From Balanoglossus misakiensis (taxonomy: Eukaryota; Animalia; Hemichordata): a DNA stretch of 64,000 nucleotides. The position numbers and the translations under genes are program-made. Of the stretch, positions 63,115-64,000 are shown piece by piece; the stretch's first letter is position 1, and each line of letters opens with the position of its first letter. The notes beneath the pieces are model-generated. The model searched no databases. It saw nothing but the letters and a program-made list of their open reading frames with translations, and was not told the origin of the DNA. Where the stretch lies: positions 4,832,879-4,896,878 of the forward strand of contig CM082579.2 of assembly GCA_040954595.2 (NCBI GenBank), written 5' to 3'.

Positions 63115-64000
63115 ATGGCTGGATGGTACACGACCACCAGGTGGCGTTATCCAACGTCCCCGAACACCCCATCAACGCCATTTCCAAGAATAAACACGAC
63201 AACACCAGCGTTCACTGAAAAATGGACGACTGATGACCAGGCTGGTTCTTGCGCCGGTTGCCGATGTGAATGCAACACGGGAGGTGCCGTGGCAGCCACT
63301 TTTTGCGTGACGCTCGTGGTCACGGCGCTGGTTTGCTTCCTTCTCTTTTACTTGTACTTGAAGCGGTACCGGCCGCGGGGTCCGCGAGGGCCCTTGCTCG
63401 GTGACGACGAGAGCAAACCCGCGAGAATTGAGAAGTTGGGCGCTGAAGGACGGAACAACCAAGGAGAGGTTGGCGGCGGCGGCAATGATGATGGTATAAC
63501 CAATAACGTTTTCGTTGACGACGAAACAGACGCGCTCAGCGGCCTCCAAGAGCACGGTGCAAAGAGAAGGAATGAAGAAAAAACAAAAGCCGCAAACGAA
63601 GCTGTCAAAGACGGCGCACTAGTCGAAAGCAGGTCGCCAGATGGCGCCGGCGAAGGAAAACAGAGCATACCGAGCAGGCTGAAGGGACTCGTGTTCAAGC
63701 AAAAAGCAAAAGAGACAACCGGCGCGGAAGACAAAGGAACAAAAGTTAGCCGTATCAGCGAAGGCAAAGACAAGTCAGGAACCGAGGGAATCGATGTCAA
63801 ATATGCCTCGGACAAGAACGCCGACGATCAATTGTACGAGGTGCCGGTGACACTACCTGAACCCCCTGCTGAGAAACCGGCGAACAGAAATAGGAAAGCG
63901 AAAAGACACAGCAACGTCGACGCAAAAACAGATCTGGGGTCCATATCAACGACCAATCGCGAAACAGAGAAAGAGAAAAGCAAGACATTGCCGCAGAAGG
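63115..64000 (+). CDS. Type III single-pass transmembrane adaptor-like protein, paralog 3 (3'-partial, at least 295 aa; absent from the ORF track)
   Basis: ATG at 63115 follows a T-tract acceptor (63072) and an in-frame TAA, and the frame stays open to the window end: MAGWYTTT...TTDDQAGSCAGCRCEC-TM(VAATFCVTLVVTALVCFLLFYL)-YLKRYR...NNVFVDDE...LYEVP. TTDDQAG matches TTADQAG in paralog 1. Confidence 0.8.
   Translation, partial: MAGWYTTTRWRYPTSPNTPSTPFPRINTTTPAFTEKWTTDDQAGSCAGCRCECNTGGAVAATFCVTLVVTALVCFLLFYLYLKRYRPRGPRGPLLGDDESKPARIEKLGAEGRNNQGEVGGGGNDDGITNNVFVDDETDALSGLQEHGAKRRNEEKTKAANEAVKDGALVESRSPDGAGEGKQSIPSRLKGLVFKQKAKETTGAEDKGTKVSRISEGKDKSGTEGIDVKYASDKNADDQLYEVPVTLPEPPAEKPANRNRKAKRHSNVDAKTDLGSISTTNRETEKEKSKTLPQK

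Noticed and set aside
63222-63233. ATG at 63222 as the start of paralog 3
   Set aside because: It reads ATG GAC GAC TGA; the long open frame starts at 63115.
53693-63815. Minus-strand ORFs overlapping the adaptor genes (e.g. 59285-59902, 63348-63815)
   Set aside because: Antisense shadows of GC-rich coding sequence with no domain features.
53568-64000. The three long ORFs as alternative 3' exons of one larger receptor, or as transposon/viral ORFs
   Set aside because: Paralogs 2 and 3 have in-frame stops between the splice acceptor and the ATG, and there are no RT, integrase or transposase motifs or terminal repeats. An upstream coding exon remains possible for paralog 1 only.

Overview
Eukaryotic, intron-rich animal DNA, probably a marine invertebrate deuterostome (an inference from gene style, not proven). 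(1) 1-17264: a highly homogeneous 88-bp tandem satellite (~196 copies), CpG-rich and tiled by dyad symmetries; the noisy first ~1.2 kb looks like a contig end. (2) ~17.3-26.7 kb: non-coding DNA with a diverged ~242-bp tandem duplication and a small inverted-repeat-bounded element. (3) 26759-37912 (+): a 24-exon adhesion GPCR (~957 aa) with an ADGRD1-like 7TM and an ectodomain made of a divergent fibrinogen-like domain, a hevein-like Cys module and a GAIN/GPS region. (4) 39255-49217 (-): a 9-exon LRR-FN3-TM receptor tyrosine kinase (~765 aa) of the Trk/ROR/MuSK group with a degenerate non-RD kinase (HCD, DLG, no alphaC Glu). (5) 53568 to the window end (+): three tandem paralogous type-III transmembrane adaptor-like genes; the two complete ones keep a canonical ITAM inside one of their few conserved blocks. 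The strongest candidate for an undescribed system is this ITAM-adaptor family lying head-to-head with the non-RD LRR receptor kinase. All gene models were assembled by eye from splice signals and reading frame; no database searches were run.
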